Shown here: piece by piece, positions 21,543 to 29,871 of the stretch
Numbering within the stretch: position 1 is the first letter of the stretch
Layout of the letters: each line of letters begins with the position of its first letter
Source of the DNA: an uncultured Candidatus Saccharibacteria bacterium
GTDB taxonomy: Bacteria; Patescibacteriota; Minisyncoccia; Phycocordibacterales; Phycocordibacteraceae
Direction of reading: 5' to 3'
NCBI GenBank assembly: GCA_964446735.1
Contig: CAYUQB010000001.1
Location: 111,270 to 175,269, forward strand
DNA length: 64,000 nucleotides
Notes under the pieces: generated by a model
Databases searched by the model: none
What the model saw: the letters and a program-made list of their open reading frames with translations, nothing else
What the model was told of the DNA's origin: nothing
Position numbers and translations under genes: made by a program

Positions 21543-21953
21543 TCAGGCGGCGAGCGCGAGGTCGGCGGTGTTCAAGAAGCGTCGCAGTTCTCCGCGAGGC
21601 TGCAGCTTGATCTCGTAGCCCTCACTCGTGAACTCCGGAAGCACGTCGCGCTCGCTCTCGGTGAGAACGACACGATAGACGGTGATCAGTTGGATCACCG
21701 TCTCGAGCTCACGCTCCGCCACTCGCGTCAGCGAGAGGCGATTCGGATCGATGCACAACCCGAGTTCATCACGCGCCTTGCGGCACGCCGCTTCTTCGAC
21801 TGTTTCAGCCGTGCGAACACGCCCGCCCGGGAACACCCAGTTACGGAAGCCCTTCGGCGGCCGTACGAGTGCGAGGTGTCCCTTCCACGCGGCGTGGAGG
21901 ACAACGATCGGACGGTGATTCTTCGCCACCCCAACTCCAATGAACTTCCCCAT
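21543..21953 (-). CDS. Nudix hydrolase (137 aa)
   Basis: Nudix box GGRVRTAETVEEAACRKARDELGL. Start refined to MGKFIG. The track ORF extends over the tRNA. Confidence 0.7.
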   Translation of the reverse strand: MGKFIGVGVAKNHRPIVVLHAAWKGHLALVRPPKGFRNWVFPGGRVRTAETVEEAACRKARDELGLCIDPNRLSLTRVAERELETVIQLITVYRVVLTESERDVLPEFTSEGYEIKLQPRGELRRFLNTADLALAA

Positions 21954-22011
21954 CGAAATTAACTCCCTCTCCGATTGGTACCCGCGTACCATATCATGTC
22001 TTATCAAAATG

Positions 22012-22084
22012 TGGACCCGAGGGAATTCGAATCCCTGACCTCTGCAATGCGAATGCAGCGCTCTACCAACTGAGCTACGGGCCC
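22012..22084 (-). tRNA. tRNA-Ala (anticodon CGC)
   Basis: Acceptor GGGCCCG with G3:U70, anticodon loop UUCGCAU, T-loop GTTCGAATT. Confidence 0.85.
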
Positions 22085-22174
22085 GTATGGCATGACGAAT
22101 ATAGCATGTGGGCAGAGAGCGAAAAGATGACGCCGCCCAGCAGTGTGGGCGGCGTCTTCCTTGGGATCGGCTCG

Positions 22175-22786
22175 CTACGCTTCGAGCACTCCTTCGGGCG
22201 GCTTGAGCTTCCCGAGATCGATCAGCATGGCGGTGGGGTCGAAGTCTGGGCGACACTCATCGAGCCAGATCACCACCAGGTCGTCGCCGAAGACGAATTC
22301 CTTACGCCAGTCGAGCGCGAAGCTTGCCTCAAGGGTGGTGAGCGTCGCTCCGTGATAGTCGTCGTGGGCAACGAACGATGCCGGGAGTCGGCAGTATCGC
22401 TCAGAGCCGAACGACATCTCCGAGAACTCGTGGCCTTCCAGAAGGCCGACGGCGAAGTGCTCCCTCCGGTACGCCGCAGGGGCAAAGTAGCTGACGCCAG
22501 GCAGAATCTCCTCGTAGGCGACGAGCACCAATTGGCCCTGATGGGATTTCAAGAACTGCTCCGCCTTCCGTGCCAGGTCGCACACGTAGTCAGCGGGGTT
22601 GAACGGTCCGGCGACTGCAAAATCGCGGATCGGACAACCGGTGGTTTCGCCCGCGATGATCCGCCGGCGAAGTTCGGTGTATTCCTCCTTCGCGCGGCCC
22701 GCTGCACGCAGCGCAGCCGAATGTGCGCGGGTGCTACGCTCCCGCAGCACGAGCGCCTGCTGTAGCTGCTCTTCGATCGATCGCAT
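22175..22786 (-). CDS. hypothetical protein (203 aa) in a GC-rich islet between two tRNAs
   Basis: Long ORF. A mirror ORF on the + strand makes the strand choice uncertain. Confidence 0.35.
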   Translation of the reverse strand: MRSIEEQLQQALVLRERSTRAHSAALRAAGRAKEEYTELRRRIIAGETTGCPIRDFAVAGPFNPADYVCDLARKAEQFLKSHQGQLVLVAYEEILPGVSYFAPAAYRREHFAVGLLEGHEFSEMSFGSERYCRLPASFVAHDDYHGATLTTLEASFALDWRKEFVFGDDLVVIWLDECRPDFDPTAMLIDLGKLKPPEGVLEA

Positions 22787-22842
22787 GGTGCAACCTCCCT
22801 TACCTATCGAAAGGGTATCAGAAATGCTTAGAAAAAGAATTG

Positions 22843-22913
22843 TCGGGCTGCCGGGAATCGAACCCGGTCTACATCCACCCCATGGACGCGTACTACCGGT
22901 ATACTACAGCCCG
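22843..22913 (-). tRNA. tRNA-Pro (anticodon GGG)
   Basis: C1:G72 acceptor typical of bacterial tRNA-Pro, anticodon loop AUGGGGU. Confidence 0.8.
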
Positions 22914-22937
22914 CTCGTGTTCGAACGTTCTACTACC

Positions 22938-23345
22938 CTACATTCTGAACACTTTCGTCGCAACGACGTACGTAAGTCCTGCGGTAAGGGCAGTCATAAG
23001 TGTTCCCCACGCCATGTCGACCAGTGCTCCAAGCAGCGGCCAATTGGGAAGTGTTGCGAGGTTCGTGAGGTCGTAGGTCATGTAGACGGTGAAACCAAGG
23101 ACAGCACCGCCCGCAATTGCTTTCGTGAATGATCGTTCCTTGAGCGCGCCGTCGAGCACAAAGTAGATGAGCGCAAGTGCGTAGAGGATATAGAAGAGTG
23201 CCGCTGCCCACAGAAGTGGATCAGGACGGAAGAACGCTCCGAAGGTGGACTGGTAGAACCCAGCTGCGATAACACCAAGCCAACTCATGTCGAGTGCTAT
23301 AGAAATAGGAAGCGCGAGGCAGAAGAGCTTGAGATAGGTGTTCAT
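22938..23345 (-). CDS. small integral membrane protein (135 aa, DUF2177-like)
   Basis: Four hydrophobic segments. Confidence 0.55.
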   Translation of the reverse strand: MNTYLKLFCLALPISIALDMSWLGVIAAGFYQSTFGAFFRPDPLLWAAALFYILYALALIYFVLDGALKERSFTKAIAGGAVLGFTVYMTYDLTNLATLPNWPLLGALVDMAWGTLMTALTAGLTYVVATKVFRM

Positions 23346-23941
23346 ACGGTAATAGTACCCTGGCCGAGTAGGAAGTTTTGGAGCTCTGTGCGCTTCTCGG
23401 GATTGTACTTGGCTTCAATGAGAAGCGGCCGAAGGGCGGTGTTCTGGAAATCAGGTCTGCTTGAGAGTTCGATCAGCTCATCGAGTGTGACGACGCGTGT
23501 ACTGACACGCTCGCCTGCGTCAGTAGAGGGAGCTCCAACATATCTGCAGTTACGAGCGACGAAGAAGTAGACCGCAAAGTCGACTCTGGTTTCGGGCTGA
23601 AAGCCGAACCAGTACGTAAGCTCATCGCTCTCATACCCTGTTTCTTCTTTGAGTTCTCGTCGGGCAGTTGTGAGAGGATCTTCCCCTTCCTCGATATGTC
23701 CTCCGGCGAACGTGGTGAGTGGGACACGTCCTGGTTGTTCGTCGTATCCGATGACTATTCTTCCATCAGGAAGCACCGGAATAGCGACTGCAGCATCCTG
23801 AGTGCGCTTTGCCTTCTCAAACGTGGCTGTGCTTCCATCAAAGAGTTCCTGTTCCCATTGGTATATATGAAAGTCTTTGCCCTTGAATACGCAGGTCGCA
23901 TGGGGAGGGATTGGTTGGCGACTTACGGGCCGTTCGATCAT
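23342..23941 (-). CDS. Nudix hydrolase (ADP-ribose pyrophosphatase-like, 199 aa)
   Basis: Nudix box GGHIEEGEDPLTTARRELKEETGY. Confidence 0.75.
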   Translation of the reverse strand: MIERPVSRQPIPPHATCVFKGKDFHIYQWEQELFDGSTATFEKAKRTQDAAVAIPVLPDGRIVIGYDEQPGRVPLTTFAGGHIEEGEDPLTTARRELKEETGYESDELTYWFGFQPETRVDFAVYFFVARNCRYVGAPSTDAGERVSTRVVTLDELIELSSRPDFQNTALRPLLIEAKYNPEKRTELQNFLLGQGTITV

Positions 23942-23990
23942 AGCGCCAGAGTAGCATTGAGCTCGCTTGTTTGGTATCGTCCGAAGATTA

Positions 23991-24064
23991 GGACGATTAG
24001 CTCAGTTGGTTAGAGCGTTCGCTTCACACGCGAAAGGTCACAGGTCCGAATCCTGTATCGTCCA
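23991..24064 (+). tRNA. tRNA-Val (anticodon CAC), unusual T-loop UCCGAAU
   Basis: Acceptor GGACGAT/ATCGTCC, anticodon loop UUCACAC, T-loop with C at position 55. Confidence 0.75.
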
Positions 24065-24065
24065 C

Positions 24066-24136
24066 CGGGCCGTGGTATAGTGGTATTACGTACGCTTCGG
24101 GTGCGTATAACCCGAGTTCGATTCTCGGCGGCCCGA
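24066..24136 (+). tRNA. tRNA-Pro (anticodon CGG)
   Basis: C1:G72 acceptor CGGGCCG/CGGCCCG, anticodon loop UUCGGGU, T-loop TTCGATT. Starts 1 nt after tRNA-Val. Confidence 0.8.
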
Positions 24137-24138
24137 CT

Positions 24139-24176
24139 AAATAACAAAGCCCCTTTCGGGGCCTTTGTTATTTCGC
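24139..24176. terminator. bidirectional terminator (AAATAACAAAGCCCC tttc GGGGCCTTTGTTATTT)
   Basis: GC stem flanked by complementary A-tract and T-tract. Confidence 0.6.
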
Positions 24177-24530
24177 CTCTACCACTGTAGTGAATCCCCC
24201 GTACGCAAAGCTTCGCATCTCCACCGGCATCTTCTGGTCCTTATACTTCTCATCGAAGTACGCCATGACCTTCTTATTCACTTGATCACGATGCGCTCGT
24301 GACTTGAAGACGATGTATGAGAAGAATACTACTTCTGTCGGCTTTGCTCCGATTAGTTTCGGGAAGGTAAGTTTCGAGTGCTTTGGTTTGAGATCTTCTC
24401 CGACGCATTCTTTATAGTCCAGCGCACCAAACTTCATCCAGATATCGCGTCCTTCGGTTGCCATCTTCTTATACACATCGAGCTTCCGCTTCGGAACGGT
24501 GAGCAAAAACCCATCAACGTACGTTGCCAT
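24168..24530 (-). CDS. DUF1428-like small protein
   Basis: Start refined to MATYVDGF... Confidence 0.5.
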   Translation of the reverse strand: MATYVDGFLLTVPKRKLDVYKKMATEGRDIWMKFGALDYKECVGEDLKPKHSKLTFPKLIGAKPTEVVFFSYIVFKSRAHRDQVNKKVMAYFDEKYKDQKMPVEMRSFAYGGFTTVVEAK

Positions 24531-24532
24531 GA

Positions 24533-24916
24533 TTATTCCTGTATTAGTGCTAAGAAGTTCCCGGCAGGATCCTTGAACCACGCTATGGCCGCGGGCCCTA
24601 GCTGAACTCCGTCGTTACGACAGATACCCTTCTCATCTGTTTTCATCATTGGTTCGTCGTACTGTTCGAACATAACGCCCTTGGCGGTAAGCTCATCGAC
24701 TGCAGAGTCGATGTCTTCTACTTCGAAGTTCAGGACGGTGAACGTTGCTGGAGCGTGATTCTGCTTCGGATAGATGAACACTCGTGTGTTAGGTAGCGTG
24801 AGCTCAAGTCCTTCGGGCATCTCTGCTGTTTGGGTGCCGAGTGTTTCTCCATAAAAGGCTTTTGCGGTCGGTATGTCATCGACAGAAAAGCTGGCGAATG
24901 AATTTTGGATCTTCAT
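24533..24916 (-). CDS. glyoxalase/VOC-family protein
   Basis: 127 aa with a paired beta-alpha-beta-beta-beta pattern typical of the VOC fold. Confidence 0.65.
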   Translation of the reverse strand: MKIQNSFASFSVDDIPTAKAFYGETLGTQTAEMPEGLELTLPNTRVFIYPKQNHAPATFTVLNFEVEDIDSAVDELTAKGVMFEQYDEPMMKTDEKGICRNDGVQLGPAAIAWFKDPAGNFLALIQE

Positions 24917-24971
24917 GCAAATAGTATAGCGCTTGTATATGAGCGGTGTATGAGCGTGCTACGGTGATGCA

Positions 24972-25082
24972 ATGAAATGGTTGAAGCGTCTTGGCATCGT
25001 AGGTTTCCTTTTCTTTACGGTGAAGGGATTGCTTTGGCTTGTGGTGCCTGCGGCGATTGTGTGGTTTGGGGTGAACAATTAG
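24972..25082 (+). CDS. putative 36-aa hydrophobic peptide MKWLKRLGIVGFLFFTVKGLLWLVVPAAIVWFGVNN (absent from ORF track)
   Basis: ATG at 24972 with a weak GGTGA upstream. Single TM helix. Confidence 0.2.
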   Translation: MKWLKRLGIVGFLFFTVKGLLWLVVPAAIVWFGVNN

Positions 25083-25273
25083 GTGGACCTCGACGGAGTA
25101 AGTTCGAACCAGTCAGCACTCGCACCACAGACACTCGACGTACAGCTCAAGCTTTTAGCCAGATTAGTCATCGATGTGATCAAACGTGATCGTGCGAAAA
25201 AGGGGATGGTTGAAACTAAGTCCCCAACGTCCTCGAAGCCCCTCATGTCCCTGGAGGTAACAACACAGACGAA

Positions 25274-25837
25274 CTAGTCTAACTCCGGCAGACCGAAACG
25301 AGAGAGGTAATTCGCAAATCGTTGAGAGAGGTTTTCGCGGAAAAGTTCGTTTACCGTTGCTAGATAAGAGTCTGGCAAATGAGCCTGGAGAATATCAACT
25401 GGGATCGTATAGAAATGTTTGAAGTCAATGACGAAGGCTGGGACGGCGAATTCGGTTCCGGATTTTAGAAAGTGGTACCGCGGAAATTCCGTGTTTCCTT
25501 CAAGTTTTTCCCGCTCCCTGCTACTCGAAAAGGAGCGCTTGCGGGTTCCCGATATATGCTCACCCTTTACGAAAGTCTCGTATACATACGCTGGGCAGAC
25601 TAGAACAGTCGGGATGATTTTGTCAGTTATCTCAGGCTCCGCTGTCCGTTCCTCGTGATCGTGTTGTAGATCGCAATCCTGACTCATCACAACGGCGTAG
25701 TTTATTTGGGCCTCGGATTCCAATTCCGTGACCTCTCGGTATAGAGTGGAAAAATGTATGTCTATCAGGATGTCTCCTTGACAAATTCTTTCCCCCTCTT
25801 TTATGGCGTATCTAGCTGCTACTCGGCTCGGTAACAT
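25274..25837 (-). CDS. hypothetical protein (187 aa), third gene of the candidate operon
   Basis: Start overlaps the 65-aa ORF. No recognisable family. Confidence 0.5.
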   Translation of the reverse strand: MLPSRVAARYAIKEGERICQGDILIDIHFSTLYREVTELESEAQINYAVVMSQDCDLQHDHEERTAEPEITDKIIPTVLVCPAYVYETFVKGEHISGTRKRSFSSSREREKLEGNTEFPRYHFLKSGTEFAVPAFVIDFKHFYTIPVDILQAHLPDSYLATVNELFRENLSQRFANYLSRFGLPELD

Positions 25838-26009
25838 ACTTAGTAGTTTTGAAGCTGGTTCTTCGAGTCAAATGTTCAACCTCTACGGAAAATGGATCCA
25901 CCTGCGTGGTGGGAACTTCAATATTCATTGCCGATGCGGTCATGATTACATCGTTTGAATTTTCTAGATTGCTATCGGTACTTGGGTTCATTTTGCTTTG
26001 TTTAGCCAT
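25812..26009 (-). CDS. small ORF (65 aa) overlapping both neighbours
   Basis: Overlaps the 257-aa gene stop by 22 nt and the 187-aa gene start by 26 nt, a translational-coupling geometry. Confidence 0.2.
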   Translation of the reverse strand: MAKQSKMNPSTDSNLENSNDVIMTASAMNIEVPTTQVDPFSVEVEHLTRRTSFKTTKYVTEPSSS

Positions 26010-26761
26010 TCTTTGAAGAGTTTTGTGATGCTCATATCAAACAGTCTATCTACATACTTGTTGTATCTTTCAATCACCTTGGAAATCGTTCCTTCTTCGG
26101 TTCCAGTTGGGAACTGGGAGTAGCAATCATAGTCAAGTATGAATTCCTTCCGGAGAACCTCCGCAGGGAAATCATTGTTCAAAAGGCCAAAATTGAAGGT
26201 GATATCAGCATCATCGTACTTCAATACTAACTGTCCCATTGCGCGGGCATTTTTTCCCTTAGAGGCTTTTATGAATTTCAAAGAACTTATAAGGTTTGAT
26301 GAAATATACCGGTCCCAGGTGAAATTTTCCTTGATCTCGTTAAGATTAATTTCGTTCCGATACCTAAGTCCGATACGATTGATCGTCTTGATCCCTGCCG
26401 CTTTTAGAAATGGCTCGAATATACACGACACGTCGTTGAGAAGGTCTTTTTTGTTTATGTACTTCTTGTACTCCATCACTATGTTGTCGGTAGATATTTC
26501 TAGTTTCTTGCTTTTTGTTGCGTTATGAAATATCCACACGGTCTTATGTAGGTCGCTGGTTTGAATCTTTTTGGGATTCATATTTACAACCATCGCATTC
26601 ACCATCGTGGTCGACTCCAGGTAGGGAAACGTTCCTTCAATACTCTTGTGAAATTCTTTAAGAAAATTTAGCTCAACTTTATCGAAGTCGAGTCGAAGGA
26701 AGACGCTACTCAAGTAATTACGCTTGTATGTTTTCGGCGTAGCCGGCAGTGATGTAGCCAT
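25988..26761 (-). CDS. TIGR04255-like sporadically distributed hypothetical protein (257 aa), AT-rich
   Basis: Motif ...INRIGLRYRNEIN... matches my recollection of the R-I/L-G-L-R-Y-I-N signature of that family. About 36% GC. Confidence 0.45.
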   Translation of the reverse strand: MATSLPATPKTYKRNYLSSVFLRLDFDKVELNFLKEFHKSIEGTFPYLESTTMVNAMVVNMNPKKIQTSDLHKTVWIFHNATKSKKLEISTDNIVMEYKKYINKKDLLNDVSCIFEPFLKAAGIKTINRIGLRYRNEINLNEIKENFTWDRYISSNLISSLKFIKASKGKNARAMGQLVLKYDDADITFNFGLLNNDFPAEVLRKEFILDYDCYSQFPTGTEEGTISKVIERYNKYVDRLFDMSITKLFKEWLNKAK

Positions 26762-26813
26762 TGAGATGTAACTCTATAAGTATACGCAGTATCAGATCCT
26801 TTTCCACCGTGTG

Positions 26814-26838
26814 GGAGGTTCGAATCCCCTTCGGTCGA
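26814..26838 (+). other. tRNA-like 3' fragment (T-arm GGAGGTTCGAATCCCCT + acceptor-like TCGGTCGA)
   Basis: Canonical GGTTCGAATCC T-loop with no upstream D-arm or anticodon arm. One A-C mismatch in the T-stem. Confidence 0.3.
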
Positions 26839-27193
26839 ATGGCTGATGCAGCTCCTAAAAATATCCTTTGGCTGCTGGGCGAAAACTCAAACTATGCGCC
26901 CGGCGCATAGTGTGGACCACAACAGAACGATTTTCGAATCAAGATCGTGCCGGCGGCAGCAGTTGTTCACAAGTCGAAGTCAGACAAATCGTGGGCAGCA
27001 CTTCACGATGAACTATTCGCCGACGCGCAGTGGGAAGCACCTCCACCTGGTGCCGGTGACTATCTGCTGAATAAGTATGTGCTGAACTAGACGCCGAAGC
27101 GGCGCAAGGAAGCTCGTGTGGCTTTCAGGAACTGCGGGTTTGCCATGATACGGCTGGCGATGACGGTACTACTCGCTGAGAAGCCCCCTGCTA

Positions 27194-27760
27194 TTAGTAA
27201 GGATTTTGACGCAGTCTCTTGAGGGAAGAGATTATGTAAAGTCCAAGGAACAGTAGTATCACTATCATGACTGCCAGAAATATTTTCTTGATCAGTGCAT
27301 ACAAATTCTCATGGTACTTTTGCTCATACGGAAATGGCGATACCGGTTCAATACTGAACATTTTACTGCTGAGGTCGGAAGTGAATACCCACTCGGGCTC
27401 GTCAGTTACGAACACAACCTTCAGTTCCTCGTTCGGATAGATGGAGGCGAACTTTACAACAGTTGTCTCTTCACCGGGATAAACTATTTCCGAGCCTCCT
27501 TTATCTCCTTGCACTTGTATATCTTTCCGTTCGATCTTCTTGTCTATCTTGAAAACGAGATCGCCAGTCTGTCTGCTGCTGTTGTAAATGTGAACCCTAT
27601 TGTAGGTCTTATCCAGGAACGAGATGTGATCGGTGAGATAGAGCAATCTTGGTTGGAGATTGAAGAAGGACACGATACTCGGCTGAAATATGACAAACAT
27701 AGTCCCGATTGCCGTCGTTACGAGCGCATTCACGACAATATTTGCGAGACTCGTCTTCAT
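27194..27760 (-). CDS. hypothetical membrane-anchored protein (N- and C-terminal TM)
   Basis: Start likely MKTSLANIV. AT-rich. Confidence 0.5.
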   Translation of the reverse strand: MKTSLANIVVNALVTTAIGTMFVIFQPSIVSFFNLQPRLLYLTDHISFLDKTYNRVHIYNSSRQTGDLVFKIDKKIERKDIQVQGDKGGSEIVYPGEETTVVKFASIYPNEELKVVFVTDEPEWVFTSDLSSKMFSIEPVSPFPYEQKYHENLYALIKKIFLAVMIVILLFLGLYIISSLKRLRQNPY

Positions 27761-28169
27761 GCATTTTTGTGTTGTGGACCGATTTGGGGGCACGTTCGAA
27801 CTGGACGTAAATCGGACGATGGGCTGACGGAAATACTGTTTAGAATCGACGAAAGTTCGAACCCTACTGAACAGTCATGCCCAACCAGGCAATGGTCGAA
27901 AGAGGAGTTACGGCAGATTATGCTCCGCGTCAGAAAAGATAATCCTGACTGGAAGCCAACCTGGGAAGCAGCTCCGCCACCCCGCAAGGAAAACCCGGGA
28001 TGGGAGGCCATTCGACGGATTAATCGAGAGCGAATAGCGGACAGGGCGAAGAAAGAGTTTGAGGAGATGTCCTCGAAGTCCACTGATGAGGATGAGTGTG
28101 AGGCAGCCGGGTTCTCCGATGTGGGCGGTGCTGACTAGCCCACTTCAGATGGGCAAAGGCTTGCCAGTA

Positions 28170-29351
28170 CTAGAGTTGTGGAGTGGAAGTTGCCTTTCGT
28201 GTCCTTATATACTCAACTTGCTCTTTTCCTACTTGCATTGCCTGGGAAGTTGTCCCTGAAACCGTAGCCACAAAGATGAATTGGCTGGATTCATCTAAGA
28301 GGTAGATCCTCGAATTAGCGTCAAGGGGTATTTCTGTTTTAAGTTTCCACTCTATTTCACGAGGTTGTCCACCTCCGATTGCAAAAGGAATTCTCGGGAA
28401 TATTACCCACCCGAATAGGATGATTGAACCAAGTATTGGTACAACACCTTGCCTAAATATCATTTCGTAGGAATTGACGTCAGTAAAATCAAACAACTTC
28501 AGATTTACTTCTGCTTTTGGGAAAGTCCAGTTTAGAAAAAAATACATGGTTAGAACGAAACCGAACAACCATGAGAACACGAGTGCCGAGGTGAGCGAAG
28601 TATTTGAAAGAGAATTGAAGTCAAACAAATTTACTCGAAGCTTGTAGTACGCATATACCGCCACCGCTAAGTAGCCAGAAATGATAATAAAATCTACCAA
28701 AAAAAGAGACAAATACATCCATGTTGGCTTCTTTGGTTTCGGGGCCACATCTTCCTCGGTGTTTGTGTTCTGCTCAGTGGTGGCGGGAGATACTGCATCT
28801 TTTTTCCTTGGAATCCAACTGTAGATGATACAGACCGCGATAATGCACAGATACAGCAAAAAAATGTACGAAAATATGTATATCGTATTCTTGATCAAAT
28901 AATCAACCGATCCAGACACAATATTTAATGAGGAGATGAAGTCGCCCAGGAAATCATAATTCGGTATTACTGCTTTGAAATATAGATGATCAGCAGATAT
29001 TGGAGCTTGATACCGTCCTAGATTGAAAAAGGTCGTCACTGCAAAGCTTAGACCAAAAATAGAAGATATTATATATATAAGTGTTAATCCGCGTTTTCTG
29101 AAATGATTTAGGTCAAAGAAGTCTTTGAAGGGAAGCGCTTTGAATGCGATCCAGGATACGACCAGACCTATCGCAATCGAACACATTGAGAATATGCCCG
29201 CTATCACATACCTGGCGTTTAGAATATCGAAACTAGCTATTCCGAATCTTCCGAGGTAGGCATTTATCGTGAGGAATCCGAATAGATACAGAATCGATCC
29301 TCCTGCCACCAGAAGCTGTAGGATGTTCTTGAGAGTCTCTAATTTAGGCAT
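28170..29351 (-). CDS. hypothetical polytopic membrane protein (393 aa), AT-rich
   Basis: At least 10 hydrophobic segments and a central Thr/Glu/Pro-rich loop. Confidence 0.6.
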   Translation of the reverse strand: MPKLETLKNILQLLVAGGSILYLFGFLTINAYLGRFGIASFDILNARYVIAGIFSMCSIAIGLVVSWIAFKALPFKDFFDLNHFRKRGLTLIYIISSIFGLSFAVTTFFNLGRYQAPISADHLYFKAVIPNYDFLGDFISSLNIVSGSVDYLIKNTIYIFSYIFLLYLCIIAVCIIYSWIPRKKDAVSPATTEQNTNTEEDVAPKPKKPTWMYLSLFLVDFIIISGYLAVAVYAYYKLRVNLFDFNSLSNTSLTSALVFSWLFGFVLTMYFFLNWTFPKAEVNLKLFDFTDVNSYEMIFRQGVVPILGSIILFGWVIFPRIPFAIGGGQPREIEWKLKTEIPLDANSRIYLLDESSQFIFVATVSGTTSQAMQVGKEQVEYIRTRKATSTPQL

Positions 29352-29438
29352 TCTCTTGAGGGTTGTTCATCTGCTGACGTAAGAGCCGGGACCGTGGCAT
29401 GCTCGCCGTGACAAAAACTGTACTTATGTTATAATTTG

Positions 29439-29511
29439 TGGACCGTACAGGATTCGAACCTGCGACCCTCTCATTGCAAATGAGATGCTCTACCAACTGA
29501 GCTAACGGCCC
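29439..29511 (-). tRNA. tRNA-Ala (anticodon TGC)
   Basis: Acceptor GGGCCGT with G3:U70, anticodon loop UUUGCAA, T-loop TTCGAAT, A73. Confidence 0.85.
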
Positions 29512-29521
29512 AAGGGTTATG

Positions 29522-29869
29522 TTATAGCACGTTTCCCTCGCCAAGCATATCTATTTTCGCCGCCATAATGAAGTCATTTTCCGAGAGGCCTTTGATGCTG
29601 TGAGTCGTTAATTTCACCTCCACTTTCCCCCACGAAAGCTTGATATCCGGGTGGTGCCATTCCTCCTCTGCTATCTTCCCCACCGCGTTTACAAACATAA
29701 GCGCACTTTTGAAGTCCGGAAAACGAAACACCCGATGAATGACGGTGGATTCGTCATTCAGGCTCCAGAGCGGTGCATGTTCATGGAAATCCTTTGCCTG
29801 CTCTGGGGTGAGTGCAGGGAAATCCGGACTCTCACACGGAACACACCTCTTCTTTGCAAGCTCGTCCAT
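29522..29869 (-). CDS. pterin-4a-carbinolamine dehydratase (PCD/DCoH) family
   Basis: ...EEEWHHPDIKLSWGKVEVKLTTHSIKGLSENDFIMAAKID... matches the PCD signature. Confidence 0.7.
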   Translation of the reverse strand: MDELAKKRCVPCESPDFPALTPEQAKDFHEHAPLWSLNDESTVIHRVFRFPDFKSALMFVNAVGKIAEEEWHHPDIKLSWGKVEVKLTTHSIKGLSENDFIMAAKIDMLGEGNVL

Positions 29870-29871
29870 AC

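Noticed and set aside
21954-22256. N-terminal extension of the Nudix ORF (237-aa call)
   Set aside because: The extension is Arg-rich junk and overlaps tRNA-Ala(CGC). The internal ATG with a GGAGAGGGAG RBS at 21953 is the plausible start.
22106-22765. 219-aa + strand ORF mirroring the 203-aa minus-strand ORF
   Set aside because: Both lie in high-GC DNA where long stop-free frames arise on both strands. I kept the minus-strand version only because it matches the local transcription direction, and at low confidence.
23991-24064. tRNA-Val as a pseudogene because of the UCC T-loop
   Set aside because: All stems pair and the anticodon loop is canonical. A single U55C change alone is not enough to call it a pseudogene. 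It is flagged as a finding instead.
27311-28138. 275-aa + strand ORF
   Set aside because: Its 5' half is antisense to the 199-aa membrane-protein gene. The 3' part (27800-28138) might hide a small real gene but has no support.
29344-29544. 66-aa ORF overlapping tRNA-Ala(TGC)
   Set aside because: It is entirely explained by the tRNA gene on the same strand.
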